DNA of 64,000 nucleotides from Chiloscyllium plagiosum (taxonomy: Eukaryota), in the NCBI RefSeq assembly GCF_004010195.1, contig NC_057750.1, positions 8,599,524 through 8,663,523 of the forward strand, written 5' to 3'. The position numbers and the translations under genes were made by a program. The first letter of the stretch is position 1. Every line of letters begins with the position of its first letter. This document shows, piece after piece, positions 59,813-64,000 of this stretch. Below the pieces are notes generated by a model. It was not told the origin of the DNA. It ran no database searches and was given only the letters and a program-made list of their open reading frames with translations.

Positions 59813-60783
59813 GAATTAGAATTAGATTTTATTGTCATGTGTACTCAAGTACAGAAGTACATGAGTGCAGTGAAAAGTGTACAATGCCACCATTCCTGGT
59901 GCTATCTTACATACAAAGGTACCAAGGTGCAAAATCCTGAGTACAAAGTAGAAAAACAAATAAATAAGGTTAAAAGTTGAACATAGTTCCTCTTAGTGTT
60001 AAATAGATAAATGAACAAATAAAATGAAAAGTTCAACAGTCTTTCTTAAGTGCTTAGCCATGCTGAGCTTGCACTCCCTACAAGGGCTTGATCTCCTCTG
60101 TTTTGGTCCACTCTCCGGGAAACCTTGGCTGCCTGCTGTTACAGATGCCTGAGATCTCCCTCACCATCGTGTTGGGCTTGCTCTTCCCGCATTGGGCTAA
60201 ATCTCCAACTGTCAACGTCCCGATCCAGGTCCCCAGCCACTGTCACACTCCGGACCTCTAACCGACTGCCAAAGTCTCGATCCAGTTCCCCTGTGACTGC
60301 CATGCTCTAGACTGCAACAACCGCGATGCCACTGACTGCCAAACTCCCCACTCGGGGCCTTCAGCCGCTGCCACGCTGTGGACCCAACAAAGCCACATTG
60401 CTGTCGGCACCATTGCTTCCATAACCAAGCTCTTTTGGATAGTGAGTTTGATCTCCCCTGAACTCATGTGCACTGCAGATGCCTAGAGGCCTTGAGTTGC
60501 TTTTTCTTGACACCACCTTGGGCTACCTTTTCCTGATGCCAGGGGGTTCTGTCTCGCTGCTCCGTTGGGCTTGTTCTCCCCATGATGGCTCCGTCTGTCA
60601 TGTGCTGAGCTTGCTCTTCTCTGCACCTGATCTCCACACTGCACAAACTCGCTCTCCACAGAAGGTAAATAGATTCAACTAAGAAAAGAAAATGGTGAAA
60701 GAAGAAATAAAATGTAGATGCAAACGGAGCAGTTGAGCTCCAGGCAGGAGTCCTCACGCTGCTCTGCTACTCCACCACCAATT
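59813..60783 (-). mobile_element. About 970-bp non-coding element with a Rex1-like 3' tail (putative non-autonomous retroelement)
   Basis: Its 3' end acttttcactgca...tacttgagtacacatgacaataaaatctaatctaa resembles the tail at 43930-43985. Its 5' head resembles 17553-17650. Confidence 0.55.
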
Positions 60784-61036
60784 TGCAATTTATTGCATTT
60801 GGCCCCTATTTTTGTCATTTTGCAAATAAGCCCTTATTTTGTTAGGGAGCAATTTTTGGTATTGATTCAGCTGTTTGTACGTAGGCTGTCACTTTGGTGT
60901 GTTGCTGAGCTCTGCTAGCAGATTTCTTTTTCCATGGTAAGAATTTTAATAAAATTGTTTAAAAGCTGCGTGTGTTTTGTGCACAGATGATGAAGTTGTT
61001 GGGCACTTGAAATGGTTATAATAGCGTACAGAGATT

Positions 61037-61362
61037 CATAGAATACCTATGGTGTGGAAACAGGCCATTTGGCCCACCAAGTCCACACCGACCCTCCGAA
61101 GAGCAACCCAGCCAGACCCATTTCCCTACCCTATTACTCTACATTTATCTGTGACTAATGCACCTAACCTACACAACCCTGAACACTTTGGGCAGTTTAG
61201 CATGGCCAATTCATCAAAACCTGCACATCTTTGGATTGTGGGAGGAAACCCATGCAGAAACAGGGAGAATGTGCAAACTTCACACAGACAGTCGCCCAAG
61301 GCTGGAACTGAACCCAGGTCCCTGGCGATGTAAGGCAGCAGTGCTAACAACTGAGCCACCAT
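61037..61362 (-). mobile_element. HE1-type V-SINE
   Basis: V-domain, head and tail on the - strand. Confidence 0.9.
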
Positions 61363-62789
61363 ACATGTATAATGATGATCTAGAACCTTATTCCATTCTT
61401 TCTTTTGATATAAAAGTCCCCGACTACTGTAATAAAGACAACTTTAATAATTCTTATTGACCTATACCTGGTTAATTACATTAATTCTTATGGGAGATTA
61501 ATCCCCGTTCTTTTATTCACTCATGGGACATGGATGTTGCTGGCTAGGGCAGCATTTAATGCTGGTTCCTGACAGTTAAGGTGATGATGAGCTACCTCTT
61601 TGATTGGTTTCAGTCCAAGTGCAGTAGCTGGATCATCAATGTTATTAGGGAGGGGGTTCCAGGATTATGATCCAGTGACATTGAAGGAACGGTGATATAT
61701 TTCCAACTCAAGATGATGATTGTCTTGGAGGGAAATATATTTTCAGTAAATGCATTGTCTCTCCCGCACATTTTGTCTCTCTCCAGCCCCCTACCTCTCC
61801 TTCTGAATTCAGACAGTAACTAATTTACATGAAATTTTATTGGGGTTTAAACCAGGCTGTTGCTTGATCTCAGAAAATGAGGCTGCCCATGAAGTATTTA
61901 ATGGGCTACTGACGAGACTTTGACAAAGTTAATTGCACCCAGAGACATTCATTTTATCCACGCTGTGCCATGAGCTACAGTGATATCTCAACAAAGTTTG
62001 GTTACTCTGTGGTTTGATTTGTGCTACACAATAGCTAGCTGACACCTCCAGCGAAAAGGCAGCAATGGGCATGCAAATTAGGACTTCAAACCAGTTCTCT
62101 GTAGATCAAAGCAGATCCTCACCTGCACTACAATGAGATATGGTGCTGCTGACCAATTTAGACTTAACAGGTAGTGGGCTTTTGTGGTGCAATGGTAGCA
62201 TTTGCTTCTTGTCTAAGAAACCCAGGTTTTAAGTCCTGGATGCTCCAGAGATGTGTCAGAACCAGTTGATGAAAAATGTTTAGAATTAAAAGGAGTGTGG
62301 CAAGGTTAAGGCTTCACTTTTATTGTAGACTAAGTTCTATAGTGCATATCTTTTATTTGTGGTAATTCTTTGAGCTTTCCTCAGTGTCAAGCATCACTCT
62401 TCATCAAGTAAGCCACGGCAATGATTATGGTTTTAGACTTGCAAGCTCTTTGGTAGTGGATTTGAACCTAACTTGGGAAGTTGAATTGAAGACGGTAATT
62501 GGTAAATTGTGAAATAGAAATTTTGTCTGTCTGGCTTTTGCTATGAGCTTGAATCTCAAGCATACCACTTATTAGAGTCGTGAACTTCCTTAATAAACTA
62601 CCATCATGACAGCACCATTGAATTCTTAAAGAAGATGACCCTACCCTGCCTCCGCAACGAGAGTCTGAAAGTAAGAAAGGATTGCCATCTTATAATACCT
62701 TCATGACCACAAAGTCAATGCTTTTTTCTTAACTCTCATCAGGTTTGGGTTTCTGGTTGTTATCAGCCACACGGCATTTTCTTACAAGA

Positions 62790-64000
62790 AGTCACAGAGA
62801 TGTACAGCACAGAAACAGATCCTTTGATCCAACTTGTCCATGCCGATCAGATATCCTAATCTAATCTAATCCCATTTGCCATATCTCTCTAAACCCTTCC
62901 TATTCATGTACCCATCGAGATGCCTTTTAAATGCTGTAATTCTACCAGCCTCCACCATTTCCTCTGGCAGCTCATTCCATACATGCACCACCCTCCACAT
63001 AAAAAAGTTGCCCCTTAGGTCCCTTTTAAATTTTTCCCCTCTCACCCTAAACGTATGCCTTCTAGTTTTGGACTCCCCCACCCAAGGGAAAAGACCTTGT
63101 CTATTTACCCTATCCGTGCCCCTCATGATTTTATAAATCTCTGTAAGGTCACCCCTCAGCTTCCGATGCTCCAAGGTAACAGCCCCAGTCTATTCAGCCT
63201 CTCCCTAGAACTCAAACAGTTCAACCCTGGCAACATCCTTGTAAACCTTTTCTGAACCCTTTCAAGTTTCACAACATCCTTCTGATAGGAAAGAGACCAG
63301 AATTGCACACAGTATTCCAAAACTAACCTAACCAATGTCCTGTATAGCCGCAACATGACCTCCCAGCTCCTATACTCAATGCACTGACCAATAAAGGCAA
63401 GCATACTAAATGCCTCCCTCACTATCTTGTCTGCCTGAGACTCCACTTTCAAGGAACTATGAACCTGCACTCCAAGGTTTCTTTGTTCAGCAACACTCTC
63501 CATGACCTTACTGTTAAGTGTATAAGTCCTGCTCTCATTTGCTTTTCCAAAATGCAGCACCTCGCATTTATATAAATTAAACTCCATCTGCCACTCATCA
63601 GCCTTTTGACCCATTTGATTAAGATCCCTTATACTCTTAGGTAACCTTCTTCACTGTCCACTACATCTCAATTTTGGTGTCATCTGCAAACTTACTAATT
63701 TTACCTCCTATGTTCACATCCAAATCATTTATGTAAATGATGAAAAGCAGTGAACCCAGCACTGATCCTTGTGGCACACCACTGGTCACAGGCCTCTGGT
63801 CTGAAAAACAGAACTCCACCACCAGCGTCTGTCTTCTACCTTCAAGCTAGTTCTGTATCCAAATGGTTAGTTCTCCCTTTATTCCATGAGATCTAACTTT
63901 GCTAATCAGTCTTGAGGAACCTTGTCAAACGCCTTACAGAAGTCCATATAGATCATGCCCACCGTTCCGCCTCATCAATTCTTTTTGTTACTTCTTCAAA
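62790..64000 (-). mobile_element. HER1/CR1 LINE 3' fragment running off the window
   Basis: ORFs 63156..63614 and 62866..63174: WQMEFNLYKCEVLHFG, LEYCVQFWS and RGDLTEIYKIMRG; tttgcagatgacacc (FADDT). Confidence 0.93.

Noticed and set aside
11613..61362. Antisense orientation bias of HE1 (7 of 8 copies on -)
   Set aside because: Two-sided binomial p is about 0.07 for n=8, and LINE copies occur on both strands; too weak to report.

Overview
Eukaryotic, repeat-dense vertebrate DNA. The repeat set (HE1 V-SINEs, HER1/CR1 LINEs, SacSINE1-like Deu-SINEs) points to a shark or other elasmobranch; this is an inference. The only host coding sequence I can support is one 90-bp, phase-0 exon (43443-43532, +) encoding part of PAS-A of an NPAS1/NPAS3-type bHLH-PAS transcription factor. 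Most or all of the window is therefore probably large-intron sequence. Nearly all ORF-track entries are decayed retroelement fragments, low-complexity sequence or artefacts of the 860-N gap. Main points of interest: (i) several Penelope-like element (PLE) families whose termini carry minimal type-I hammerhead ribozyme motifs with covarying helices, including about 90-110 bp micro-insertions with target-site duplications and a young insertion with three identical ribozyme copies; (ii) a decayed tRNA-Pro(AGG) with an 18-nt insert at the canonical 37/38 intron position; (iii) a 536-bp near-perfect duplication flanking a mosaic filler; (iv) several pairs of short or non-autonomous elements and LINEs that share 3' tails; (v) repeat-free, homeodomain/octamer-motif-rich islands that are candidate conserved enhancers. 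Repeat boundaries were read by eye and are approximate unless a TSD is quoted.
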